Source: Mobula hypostoma
Taxonomy: Eukaryota
Direction of reading: 5' to 3'
NCBI RefSeq assembly: GCF_963921235.1
Contig: NC_086100.1
Span: 200,572,001-200,636,000 of the forward strand
Length of the DNA stretch: 64,000 nucleotides
Below the pieces are notes generated by a model. The model did no database searches and had not been told where the DNA came from. It saw only the letters and a list, made by a program, of their open reading frames with translations. A program made the position numbers and the translations under genes. Positions 1 to 12,159 of this stretch are shown one piece after another (position 1 is the stretch's first letter; each line of letters opens with the position of its first letter).

Positions 1-2400
1 GTACACCTCTATCAAGTCACCTCTCATCCTTCATTGCTCCCAGGAAAAAAAGGCCGAGTTCACTCAACCTATTCTCATAAGGCATGCTCTCCAATCTAGG
101 CAACATCCTTGTAAATCTCCTCCGCACTCTTTCTATGGCTTCCACATCCTTCCTGTAATGAGGCGACCAGAATTCAGCACAGTACTTATCAAATGCCTTG
201 CTAAAATCCATATACACTACATCTGCAGCTCTACCTTCATCAATGTGCTTAGTCACATCTTCAAAGAATTCAATCAGGCTCATAAGGCACAACCTGCCCT
301 TGACAAAGCCATGCTGACTGTTCTTATTATGCATCTCCAAATGTTCATAAATCCTGTCTCTCAGGATCTTCTCCATCAACTTACCAACCACTGAAGTAAG
401 ACTCACTGGCCTATAATTTTCTGGGCTATCCCTACAACCTTTCTTAAACAAGGGAACCACATCCGTAACCCTCCAAATCCTCCAGAACCTCTCCCGTCCT
501 CATTGATGATGCAAAGATCATTGCCAAAGGCTCAGCAATCTCCTCCCTCGCTTCCCACAGTAACCTGGGGTTATCTCATCCGGTCCTGGTGACTTGTCCA
601 ACTTGATGCTTTTCAAAAGCTCCAGCACATCCTTTCTTAATATCTACATTCTCAAGCTTTGCAGTCCGCTGTAAGTCATCCCTACAATTGCCAAGATCCT
701 TTTCCGTAGTGAATACTGAAGCAAAGTATTCATTAAGTACCTCCACTATTTCCTCCGGTTCCATACACACTTTTCCACTGTCACACTTGATTGGTCCTAT
801 TCTCTCATGTCTTATCCTCTTGCTCTTCGCATACTTATAGAATGCCTTGGGGTTTTCCTAAATCCTGTCTGCAAAGGCCTTCTCATGGCCCCTTCTGGCT
901 CTCCTCATTTCATTCTTAAGCTCCTTCCTGTTAGCCTTATAATCTTCTTGATTCATCTCAATACCTAGTTTTTTAAACCTTTTGTAAGCTCTTCTTCTTG
1001 ACTAGATTTACACCACAGATCTTGTACCCTACCATCCTTTCCATGTCTCATTGGAACTTACCTACTCAGAACCCCACGCAAATACCCCCTGAACATTTGC
1101 CACATTTCTTTGGTTCGTTTCCCTGAGAACATATGTTTCCAATTTATCCTTCCAAATTCCTGCCTGATGGCCTCATAATTCCCCTTACTCCAATTAAACG
1201 TTTCCCGAACTTGTCTGTTCCTATCCTTCTCCATTGCTATGGTAAAGGAGATAGAATTGTGATCACTATCTCCAAAATACTCTCCTACTGAGAGACCTGA
1301 CACCTGACCAGGTTCATTTCCCAATACCAGATCAAGTACAGCCTCTCCTCTTGTAGGCTTATCTACATACTGTGTTAAGAAACCTTCCTGAAGACACCTA
1401 ACAAACTCCACCCCATCTAAACCCCTCACTGTAGGGAGATACCAATCAATATTTGGGGAATTAAAATCTCCCGCCACAGCATCCCTGTTATTATTACTCC
1501 TTTCCAGAATCTGTCTCCCTATCTGCTCCTTGATGTCCCAGTTACTCTTGGGTGGTCTATAAAAAAACACCCAGTTGAGTTATTGACCCCTTCTTATTCC
1601 TAACTTCCACCCACAGAAACTCAGTAGACAACCCCTCTATGACCTCCTCCTTTTCTGCAGCCGTGGCACTATCTGTGATCAACAGTGCCACGCCCCCACC
1701 TCTTTTGCCTCCCTTCCTATCCTTTCTGAAACATCTAAATCCTGGCACTTGAAGTAGCCATTCCTGCCCCTGCACCATCCAAGTCTCTGTAATGGCTACA
1801 ACATCATAGCTTCAAGTGCTGATCCACGCTCTAAGTTCATCCACTTTATTCATGATACTCCTTGCATTAAAATAGACACCTCTCCAACCATCGAAGTGCG
1901 TCCCTTCTCTGTCACTCGCCTATCCTCCCTTTTGCACCGTCTCCAAACTTTTTCCGTTTGTGAACCAACCTCCCTTGCCTCCGTCACTTCAGTTTGGTTC
2001 CCACCCTCCAGTATTTCTAGTTTAAACTCTCCCCCAATAGCCTTAGCAAACCTCCCCGCCAGGATATTGGTCCCCCTCAGATTCAAGTGCAACCCGTCCT
2101 TTTTGTGCAGGTCACACCTGCCCCAGAAAAGCTCCCAATGATCCAGAAATCTGAATCCTGATATTACTACCTTTGTGGTCCTGCTTCTCAACTTCCTTCC
2201 TAACTCCCTGTGGTCTTTTTTCAGGACCTCCTCCCCTTTCCTACCTATGTCGTTGGTACCAATATGTACCATGCCCTCTGGCTGTTCTCCTTTCCCACTT
2301 CAAGATATCGTGGACGTGATCAGAAACATCCTAGACCCTGGCACCTTGGAGGCAAACTACCACCCGCATTTCTTTCCTACATCCACAGAATCACCTATCA
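1..2400 (-). mobile_element. Decayed CR1 LINE: ORF1 SGNH esterase, APE endonuclease and RT fragments with internal deletions
   Basis: ORF fragments VHIGTND (SGNH), YRPP/GDFN/SDHN (APE), [21 protein letters not shown] (RT). FDK is fused directly to YCAEFWSP, which shows a deletion. Confidence 0.9.
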
Positions 2401-4368
2401 CCTCGTTGCAGTTAGAGATGGTCGAATAAGGTGTAAGGGCCATGACAAGGTAGAGTGACAGATCAAGAGTTCATCTTTAGCTTGTAAGTGGTGCATTCAA
2501 GAATTGGATAACAGCTGGATCGAAACTATCCCTGAAGCTGGTGGTGCGTGCTGTCAACCTTTCATATCTCCTGCCCAATGAGAGGGGAGGGGGTGGCTGA
2601 CTTCCCGATGCAGCAGGAAGTATAGGCAGTCTCCGTGGATGGGAGGTTGGTCTGCAAGATGGACGTGGCTGTGTTCACAACTCCGCGGTTTCTTGGACAG
2701 AGCAGTTGTCATACCAAGTCAGGATAGGATGCTTTCTATGCTGCATCTGTTTAGAACAAAATTGATGAGAAGCGTCGAGGATGTGCTGAATTTTCTTTGC
2801 CTTCCAAGCAAGTAAAGGCATTGTTATGCTTTCTTGGCTATAATGTAATCTGTTTTAGAGATGATTCAAAGCTGCGCGGTGCTGTAAACTGATGGGGGAT
2901 GCTGAGAGTCCTTTGAAGGAAACAGGGTAAGTGAATGGGCATGAGGGTGTCCACTTTAGTCAAATGTGAATGACTTTTTCTCAAAGGTGAGATTGACCTG
3001 TGCTAGTTTTTACAGAAAGCTGAATGTCCTTGTATCTAAGTCATTGACAAACGGGTTCTGCAGGATATTAGAAAGGTCTTTGGGACAAAAATTTGTATTG
3101 GAAGAGGGTTTGAGTAAAAAATAGTGGTATCGTAATCCAATCACACAGACCAAGTGTGAACGTTGTGTACAGGGTTATTCTTACCGCCAGAAGGATACAA
3201 ATAAAAGTTGGAATGCCAGGAAGTCACCAGAATCGATTTCTGAGATGGCAGGTTTACTATTTGAGAAGACAGTATCTGTATAGTGTTGAACTTAGAAGAA
3301 TGAGAGATTCAAAATTATTTAATGTCATTTCTAGTACACAAGTAACGGGGAAGAAAGTAATTGTTACTCCAGATGTGGTGCAGCACCAATAAACATGAAA
3401 GATAAAGAACACAATAATAATAAAAATACAATAAATATAAATACATAAGATAGCTTATATACATAGATTGTATTTCCATAAAGTGATGCTGGGCATGAGG
3501 TGACAGTGACAGGAAATGATAAAGTAGTGGTGGTTGGATGGGTTAGTGGGTGGAGGTGTAGATCAGCTTACTGCTTGAAATGCATTTGAAATGTACAAAA
3601 TAATGTGTGACAGGGTAGCTGGGGAGCCTAACATTAGGAAGTTTTTGGCAGGAGCAGGCCACTCGGTCCAACAAGTCTTGCCAAATTCCTATTCACATGG
3701 TGTGTTGAAATAACTATTGAGTTTAGATTCGAAAATTTCTAATTTACTACTCTCAACTACACAACTAGGTAGCTTGTTCCATGTGTCCACAACTCGTTCT
3801 GTATGGAAATGCTTCCTCATGTTAGTCTGAAATCTCCCTTTAACCAGTCTCCATCTATGGCTCCGTGTCCTTGATAATGGATTAATTTTGAAGTAGCAGC
3901 TGGTATCCACCTTACTTATACCCTTCTAGTTCTATAATGTCTCCTCTCATTCTACACCTATTTAGGCTAAAAAGATTTAATTCTTTCAGTCTTTCTTCAT
4001 AGTTCATGCCCTGCAGACCTAGAATGAGTGTTGTCACCCTTCTCTGAACTCTCTCCAGTGCCTTCACATCTCTCACAAAATATAGAGACCAAAATTGTAC
4101 ACAGTACTCAAGGTGTGGCCTCACAAGCGGATTATACAGTTTAAGGAGACCATCTCTAGACTTGAACTCCACTGAGCACATTATACAGGCCTATATTCTA
4201 TCAGTCTTCCTGATCGCTTCTGTGCATTGTGTAGATGTTGATAGTGATGAGTCTACCAGGTTGCCCAAACCCTTCTCGTTAAGTGCACTTTCTAACTCAA
4301 GACCCCCCCCATTGTATATTTATATCTAATATTTCTACTTCCTATATATAATATTTTACTTTTACTTG

Positions 4369-4895
4369 TGTAATGGCTTCTCTGTAATGCTCACTGCTGA
4401 GGTAATGGTTTCTCTGTAGCAGCAATGTTAGGTTTATGGCTGGAGATAACAGGACTGTGGTATGCATGTTAGCCAATTGGAGATTGTTGCTTTGTCTTGT
4501 GTACCTGGAAGGATGTTTTCTGTCGAGGAGAGAAGAAGAGGGAAGACGTGTGTGGAGAGAGCTGGTAGAAGACCGGACGGAGTGGACGGGGATCTGAGGG
4601 TCTGAAGGTCGGCGATGCTCGGAGGAAACTGATGGTGGAAGAATGACTACTGAGTGAGCTGCAATGTGAACTTTTGACTTGAATTGGGCCCTTTTTTATT
4701 TTCATTACTAACCCTATATTCAGATTAAGATTCATAAAGTTCAATCACTTAATTGCATATGGTGTACTGTCTGATATTTTGCGTTGTGGGTTTGTAACTG
4801 GGGGTACGTTACACAGCAACCACACAAACATGATTTCCCAGTTTGGCAGGGCCGAAGGCTGTTTTCCCTCGATGAACACGAGCCTGAGGGTTACA
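4369..4895 (+). repeat. Gypsy LTR (left arm) followed by a tRNA-Pro-like primer binding site at about 4900-4918
   Basis: TGTAA...TTACA termini; TGGGGGCTGTGTCCTGGAT resembles the tRNA-Pro PBS TGGGGGCTCGTCCGGGAT. Confidence 0.75.
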
Positions 4896-4965
4896 ATGGT
4901 GGGGGCTGTGTCCTGGATTGATTCCGTTGGATGCTGTGTGATTACCCGTTTAAATCTGTGCTGGT

Positions 4966-5632
4966 ATGGATGCTGCTGGGGTGGAGCACTGGTGTGTCTC
5001 CGTGGGGTTACCGGTAACTAATGCGTGCGTGTTGAGTGGGGTGGATATTAGTACCCCCGATGAATTGTTCATTCGATTTTTGAGTATGGTTAAAGCTGTT
5101 GGCAAAGTTGAAATCGTAGCGTGAAGATTTGATAAAATGGTGGAGTCAGACCTTGTTTTAGTTCAGACTAGCACTGACGTAACGGTGGTGGGACTGCCAG
5201 AGTCTGTCGGTGCCCCAGGTGAGGCAGGGCCATGGCCTGTCCATACCGTCAGGGAGCCCAGCAGGCTGGGTCACAAGCAGAGTTGCCTGCAGTTGGGGGG
5301 GGGGGAATGCAGAGATTTCAGAGACAGGGTTCTATCATTCCTGAGGAGTTTTGGGCTGCTTTTGAGGAAGTGTGTGGCAGCATTGGGCCGGATACCGAAT
5401 TTAAACGAGGGACGGTGTGGTTCACCCAGTTGAAGCCAATGATGGTAAGGCCTGGAGAAGTAGCGAGACTGATGGGGACCCCCAAATTTCCCGGAATACC
5501 TGAGGGTGAAGCCCTCTTAGTGGATGCTCCAGACGACCACGAAGGGGAGTTGGGGGTTTCTTGCTGGGGTACCGGTGAGGCGCAGATTGCAGAAACCCCC
5601 CCCCCCCCCGTGCCCATCAGCAGTCGGATCGC
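4966..5632 (+). pseudogene. Disrupted PNMA-type Gypsy gag N-terminus fused by deletion to a probable pol fragment
   Basis: MDAAGVEHWCVSVGLPVTNACVLSGV...VA*RFDK...LVLVQTSTDV...GEAGPWPV...DFRDRVLSFLRS resembles the PNMA/Gypsy gag N-terminal domain. It has an in-frame TGA and switches near 5349 to AAFEEVC...PGEVARL...EALLVD. Confidence 0.65.
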
Positions 5633-6099
5633 GCCTGTGAATAGACGCAGCAAACCCACACCCCCGAAGAGACTGGAGCCTCAATCCAGCACACTTCGCA
5701 CCACTCAGACAGGGCAAAGCATCGGGACTATATACTGCAGAAAAAAAGCTGCGTCTATTCACAGGCCCCGCCTCACCTGGGTCACCGACAGACTCTGGCA
5801 GTCCCACCGCCGTTACGTCAGTGCTAGTCTGAACTAAAACAAGGTCTGAGTCTGCCATTTTATCAAACCTTCACGCTACGATTTCAACTTTGCCAACAGC
5901 TTTAACCATACTCAAAAATCGAATGAACAATTCATCGGGGGTACTAATATCCGCCCCACTCAACACGCACGCATTAGTTACCGGTAACCCCACAGAGGCA
6001 CACCAGTGCTCCACCCCAGCAGCATCCATACCAGCACAGATTTAAATGGGTAATCACACAGCATCCAACGGAATCAATCCAGGACGTAACCCCCACCAT

Positions 6100-6686
6100 T
6101 GTAACCCTCAGGCTCGCCTAGCTCGTGTTTGTCGAGGGGAAACAGCCTTCGGCCCTGCCAAACTGGGAAATCACGTTTGTGTGGATGCTGTGTAATGTAC
6201 CGCCCAGTTACAAACCCACAATGCAAAATATCAGACAGTACACCATATGCAATTAAGTGATTGAACTTTATGAATCTTAATCTGAATATAGGGTTAGTAA
6301 TGAAAATAAAAAAGGGCCCAATTCAAGTCAAAAGTTCACATTGCAGCTCACTCAGTAGTCATTCTTCCACCATCAGTCTCCTCCGAGCATCGCCGATCCT
6401 CAGACCCTCCGATCCCTGTCCACTCCGTCCGGTCGTCTACCAGCTCTCTCCACACACGTCTTCCCTCTTCATCTCTCCTCGACAAAAAACCATGAAAAAA
6501 CATCCTTCCAGATACACAAGACAAAGCAACAATCTCCAATTGGCTAACATGCATACCACAGTCCTGTTATCTCCAGCCATAAACCTAACATTGCTGCTTC
6601 AGAGAAACCATTACCTCAGCAGTGAACATTACAGAGAAGCCATTACATTAGCCTTAGCAGTGAAACATTACAAAGAAACCATTACA
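6100..6686 (-). repeat. Gypsy LTR (right arm), 39 nt longer at its 5' end
   Basis: Reverse complement of the left LTR plus one extra TGTAATGG... subrepeat (6648-6686). Confidence 0.75.
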
Positions 6687-6970
6687 CGCATTAAATTTCA
6701 TCTGTCATTTATCTGCTATATCTGAATTTTGTTTAGATCTAACTGTATTAATTCTGCTGCCTGGATGTCTTTAGCCCGTCTCCCTAATTTTGTGTTATCT
6801 GCAAACTTAACTAGTTTATTCATTATGTACTTAATGTAAATTAATAACAGAAGCGGCCCCAAAACTGATCCCTGCGGAACCCCACTTTTAACATCTTCAA
6901 GGTGTGAAAACGTTGCTGTCATCATAACTCGTTATTTTCTGTTTTTGAGCCGATTCTTCTCACATTCACA

Positions 6971-7643
6971 AGATCACAAGACAAAGGAGCAGAAGTAGGC
7001 CATTCGGCCCATCGAGTCTGCTCCGCCACTCCACCATGAGCTAAACTATTCTCCCATCTTGTTCCAATTTCCAGCTTTTTCCCCATATCTCTTGATAACC
7101 TGACTTAATTAGATACCTATCAATCTCCTCCTTAAACACTCTCAATGATCGGGCCTCCACAGCTGTACGTGGCAACAAATTTCATAAATCCATGACCTTC
7201 TGGCTAAAAAAATTTCTCCTCATCTGTTTTAAATGGGTACCCTCTAATTCTAAGACTGTGGCCTCTTGTCCTGGACTCACCCACCAAGGGAAACAGCCTT
7301 TCCACACCTACTGTGTTTCAACATTCGAAACGTTTCTATGAGATCCCCTCTCATTCTTCTATACTCTAATGAATACAGTCCAAACAACAAACGCTCCTCA
7401 TATGTTAGCCCCTGCATTCCAGGAATCATCCTCATAAATCTTCTCTGAACTCTCTCCAACATCAGTACATCCCTTCTAAGATAGGGGGCCCAAAACTGCA
7501 CACGGTATTCCAAATGAGGTCTCACCAGTGCCCCATAGAGCCTCGTCAACACCTCCTTACTCTTATACACTATTCCTCTTGAAATGAATGCCAACATAGC
7601 ATTTGCTTTCCTTACTACTGATCCAACCCGGTGGTTAACCTGC
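6971..7643 (-). mobile_element. 5'-truncated CR1 3' fragment nested in the CR1 host
   Basis: RT C-terminus ([12 protein letters not shown]...LVRPHLEY), 3' UTR with a short repeat tail; TTCACA on both sides (6965-6970, 7644-7649). Confidence 0.8.
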
Positions 7644-9779
7644 TTCACACACCTTATCCTGAATCCCTACTGCCTGTAATTTGATAATTAACTTCTTATG
7701 GGGTACCTTGTCAAAAACCTTCTGAAAGGTCAAGTAAGTGATATCAACCACTCTATTGTTACCATAAATTTTAGTTGCCTCATCATAGAACCCCAGCATA
7801 TAGTAAACACATGATTTCCTCTTTCTGAACCCATGCTGGCTTTCTGCTAACATGCCTGTTCTTATCAGCTGCGTTTCCAGCTCATTCTTTATGAATGTTT
7901 CCATTATCTTACCTGTGATACACATTAAGCTTACTGGTCTATAGTTACCAGGGTCAGTGCAGTCACCCTTCTTATATACCTGGATGTTAGCCCATTTCCA
8001 GGCCTTAGTGATTTCACCGGTCTTCACCGACTTTTGAAAAATAAATGTTAGGGGTTTGTATATGTAACAACAGACCTCTTTAAGTATCCTTCAATATATG
8101 TTGTCTGACACTGGAGATTCAATAACTTCCAGCTTTTTCAGTGGAAATAGGATCTCAGTTTCTAATATATCTAAGTCACTTAAAACAAATTTATTTTTCT
8201 CTATAGTTAGTGACATATTGCTAACATCTTCGCAGGTGAATAGCAAAATATGAATTAAGAGTATCCACTATGTCCTATGTCCTCTGCATAATTTATCACC
8301 CCACTATTATTCCTAATACACTTAACTTCCTCAACATTTCTTTTACTACTAAAGTATTGAAGAAAATCTCTTGGGGTCAATCTTAGCATTATCAGCAATA
8401 TCCTTCTCAACCTGCCTTTTGTCAATCAGAATTTCCCTCTTGACTATAGCTCGCATATTTTCATATGCCCTATGGCTAACATCATTACTATTTTTTCTAT
8501 ATTCCTTATATAGCTGTCTTTTTTTCAACCAGAGGTTACAGTCTCTAACCTCTGAGCATTCAGAACAGGTGGGAAGGGATTTTTTTTAATCCACAATGCT
8601 TTGAATCTTTGGAATAGTTTCACAAAGAAGGTTGCGGAAGATATTAAAGCCAGTGATCTATGGATCTATATGGATATTGTTGGAATGCCAAGAGGACGGG
8701 GTGTAGGGTCAGCTGTGGTTATCAGGGCAGACACAACTGAACTTTTAGCTCCTACTTCACACAATGATGCCTATGAGAGGTAATTGTGGATTTACAAGGG
8801 TGTCTGAAGGCCACAATGCATGTTCCTGTGGGTCTTTGATAGGATATGAGAGTAAGCTGCCCTAATAATTCTTTAGTGACCAGCAAGCTGCTGGAGGAAT
8901 TCAGTGGATCAGGCAGCATCTGTGGGAGGAAAGGAACTGTTGGAGTTTGAGGTCAAAATCCTGCTTCAGGATTGATATCTCCTTAAGGATTTTGATAATT
9001 GTTTTCATCAGATGCTTTAAGATGTTTTTTTACTAAGATAAAAGGATTATATGAATGGAATCAGATTTAATATCAGTAGCGTATGTTGTGAAATTTGTTG
9101 TTTTGGGCAGAAGTACATCGCTCAATAATAAAACTATAAATTACAATAAGTATATATTAAAAGCAATTAAATAAGTAGTGAAAAAAAGAGGGGAAATACT
9201 GAGGCAGTGCTCTTGGACCATTCAGAAAGCTGACGACAGAAGGGAAGAAGCTGTTCCTGAATCACTGAGTATGTGTCTTCAGGCTCCTGTTGGTAGCATA
9301 GAGACATAGAAAACTTACAGCACAATACAGGCCCTTCAGCCAACAACACTGTGCTGAACACGTCCTTATTTTAGAAATTACCTGGGGTTACCCATAGCCC
9401 TCTATTTTATTCTAAGCTCCATGCACCTATCCAGGAGTCTCTTAAAAGACAGTGAGAACAGGACATATCCAGGGTGATGACGGTCGTTAATGATAGAAGC
9501 CATCTTTGTGATGCATAGCCTTTGGAAGACGGTACATCTGTAGAAATTTGTGAGTGTCTTTATCTTTGGGATTAGGAAAATAATTTGGAATATTGAATGT
9601 TAAATGTTGATTTAATTGTAGATTTCAGTGTGTTCAAGAAAATTGATAGATAGATGGAGGAATTCCGGTGAATGGCAAGTATAAGGGAATTTGCTGATAA
9701 TGTTGAGGCAGTCTAGGTTATATATGCTACAAACTGATGTTAGCTTAGTTGATACTGAAACATGTGATACATATGTTTG

Positions 9780-10590
9780 GAACATAGAAAGGTCTAGCAC
9801 AGGAACAGGCCCTTCAGCCCACAATGTTGTGCCGAACCAATTAGATTAGTAATCAAATGGCCAACTGAACTAATATCTTCTGCCTACATATTGTCCATAT
9901 CCTTCCATTTTCCTCGCATTCATGTGCCTATCTAAACATCCCTTAAAAGCACCTAGTGTATCTGTCTCTACCACCACCCCAGGCAGGACATTCCAGGCAC
10001 CCACCACTCTGTGGGGGGGGGGGGAGAAATATTTGCCCCTCACAGTTCCTTTGAAATTACCCTCTCTCACCTCTGGTATTAGACATTTCAATCCTGAGAA
10101 AAAGGTACTGTTTGTCTACTCTATCTATGTCTCCCATAATCTTATAAACCTCTGTCAGATCTCCTCTCAGTCTCCACCGCTCCAGAGAAAACAACCCAAG
10201 TTTGTCTAACCACTCGTTATAGCATATGCCCTCTAAACCAGGCAACCTCTTCTGCACCCTCTCCAAAGTCTTGGCATCCTTCCTATAAAGAGGTGAGCAG
10301 AACTGTATGAAATACTCCAGATGTGGTCTAAAGCTGCAACATAATTTCCTGACTTTTGAACTCAATGCCTTGAGTGAAAAACAAGCATGCTTCTTAACCA
10401 CCCTATCAACCTGTGTAGCCATTTTCAGGGAGTTTGGAACTTGGAACTCAAGGTCCCACTGCTCATCAACACTGTTAAGGGTTTTGCCCATAACAGTGTA
10501 CTGTCTCTTTACATTTGACTTACCAAGGTGCAATACTTCACATTTGGCCAGTTAAACTCCATCTTCCATTTCCCTGCCCATATCTGCAAC
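9780..10590 (-). mobile_element. CR1 3' fragment
   Basis: ORFs 10057-10533 and 9870-10091 (RPHLEY, RLRGDL, RVVGAWN). Confidence 0.8.
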
Positions 10591-10603
10591 TCCTCCGTAT
10601 CAT

Positions 10604-11526
10604 GCAACACACACAAAATGCTGGTGAACGCAGCAGGCCAGGCAGCATCAATAGGAAGAAGTACAGTCGACGTTTTGGGCCGAGACCCTTCGTCAGGACT
10701 AACGGAAAAAAGAGATAGTAAGAGATTTGAAAGTGAGAAGGAGAGGGGGAGACCCGAAATGATAGAAGAAGACAGGAGGGGGCGGGATGAAGCTTAGAGC
10801 TGGGAAGTTGATTGGCAAAAGGGATACAAGGCTGGAGGAGGGGGAGTAGCATAGGATGGAAGGCCTTGGAAGAAAGAAGGGGGGAGGGGAGCATCAGAGG
10901 AAGATGGAGAACAGGCAAGGAGTTATTGTGAGAGGGAAAGCAAGAAGAAGAAGAAGAAAAAAAAGAAGGGATGGGGTAAGAAGGGGAGGAGGGCCATTAA
11001 TGGAACTTAGGGAAATCAATGTTCATGCCATCAGGTTGGAGGCTACCCAGATGGAATATAAGGTGTTGTTCCTCCAACCTGAGTGTGGTTTCATCTCGAC
11101 AGTAGAGGAGGCCATGGATTCTCGGAATGGGAATGGGACGTGGAATTAAAACGTGTGGCCACTGGGAGATCCTGCTTCCTCTGGCGGACAGAGCGTAGGT
11201 GTTCAGCGAAACAGTCTCCCAGTCTGCGTTGGGACTCACCAATATTTAGAAGGCCACACCCGGGGCACTGGACACAGTTTATCATACCAGCAGACTCACA
11301 GGTGAAGTGTCGCCTCACCTGGAAGGACTGTCTGGGGCCCTGAATGGTGGTGAGGGATGAAGTGTAAGGGCAGGTGTAGCACTTGTTCCGCTTACAAGGA
11401 TAAGTGCCAGAAGGGAGATCGGTGGGAAGGGATGTGGGGGGGCGAATGGACAAAGGAGTTGTGTAGGGAGTGATCCCTGCGGAAAGCAGAAAGTGGGGTG
11501 GAGGGAAGACGTGCTTGGTGGTGGAA
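10604..11526 (-). mobile_element. Penelope-like element, 3' part: GIY-YIG endonuclease remnant and pseudo-LTR
   Basis: CKRNKCYTC...FTCES...C.GCGLLNIGESQRRLGDCFAEH...VA.RFN is the Penelope GIY-YIG signature; candidate TSD tcctccgtatcat (10591-10603) / tcctctgtaccat (11527-11539). Confidence 0.85.
10665..10700 (-). ncRNA. Minimal type I hammerhead ribozyme motif with a mutated core (GAAA to AAAA)
   Basis: Minus strand AGTC-CTGACGA-A-GGG tctcgg CCC-AAAAC-GTC-GACT: stem I AGTC/GACT, CUGANGA box, stem II, palindromic ACGT in place of stem III. Confidence 0.7.
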
Positions 11527-11934
11527 TCCTCTGTACCATACTTTTGACCAATAAATTACATGAGAAGATGTGGTTAACTCCACAGGAGCTACTTGACATA
11601 CTGAGTATGTCCAACATTTTCTTTTGTTTCTGTTTTGGATTTCCAGTATCTGCATTGCTTTTGATTTTCTTGTCTTGGGGAAGGTTGAGCACAGACGAGT
11701 TGAGATCTCAGACTCTGGGTGTTGAATACCCCCCTTGTGTTTCCCTGTCCATTGAGATGACTGTAAGAGCAGTCAGGGTTTATCATGAAGGAACGAGGGG
11801 AGAAAAGTGCCAACACTAAACCGGTTAGTAGTGAATATGCGTGGAGGATGCGCTGGGTAACCCACACTTATGCCACTGACATAGCATACCCATAACTTCC
11901 TAACCCAAAGAGAATTCTTTGTTGTTGTTGTAGG

Positions 11935-12159
11935 ATGTACAAGAAGGAGAAAGGCATACAGATTAAGAGCAGTGCATCTGCCCTTTATAACAACCTCAGC
12001 GTGCTGCCCATCACACACAAGAATCTCACCTACTTTGCTGTGATCCACGGTGGCCTGGTAAATATGGTGAGCGCCTCTGCTGATGGCCTGAACTTCTCTC
12101 ACAGGCAGCTGCAGTCCAAGGAGGGAGGCATGGGACATGGCACCTCCTTAATCATGCAG
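11935..12159 (+). CDS. WDR54: WDR54 coding exon 1 ([25 protein letters not shown]...GTSLIMQ)
   Basis: Acceptor ttctttgttgttgttgtag|G ATG (exon starts 11934); donor CAG|gtacgg; 75 codons, phase 0. Confidence 0.93.

Larger units (their letters stand above)
4369..6686. mobile_element. Fold-back Ty3/Gypsy derivative: two inverted LTR-PBS-gag 5' halves
   Basis: 4369-5231 is the reverse complement of 5764-6647; mirror ORFs 4469-4744(-)/6261-6725(+) and 5137(+)/5858(-) are visible in the ORF track; outer ends are TGTAATGG...CCATTACA. Confidence 0.88.
3625..8525 (-). mobile_element. AT-rich CR1 LINE host, interrupted at 4369-6686 and 6971-7643
   Basis: Collinear RT fragments 7635-8027 (NYRPVSL, QHGF), 6716-6925 ([18 protein letters not shown]), 3912-4181 and 3689-3910 (C-terminal). 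Confidence 0.85.

Noticed and set aside
158..394. Recurrent antisense ORFs over CR1 RT (also 25121-25513, 36024-36287, 47035-47301)
   Set aside because: These are shadow ORFs on the strand opposite a conserved RT coding region, with no independent evidence of function.
2851..2932. Possible 5' UTR exon (tgttttag...AACAGG|gtaagt)
   Set aside because: The sequence is a decayed CR1 RT segment (DDSKL.G...LSEWA-like), so the splice-like motifs are probably coincidental. Exonisation cannot be excluded without RNA data.
4369..6686. DIRS (tyrosine recombinase) element suggested by inverted termini
   Set aside because: TG..CA LTRs, a tRNA PBS and PNMA-like gag point to Gypsy; no recombinase or DIRS RT is visible.
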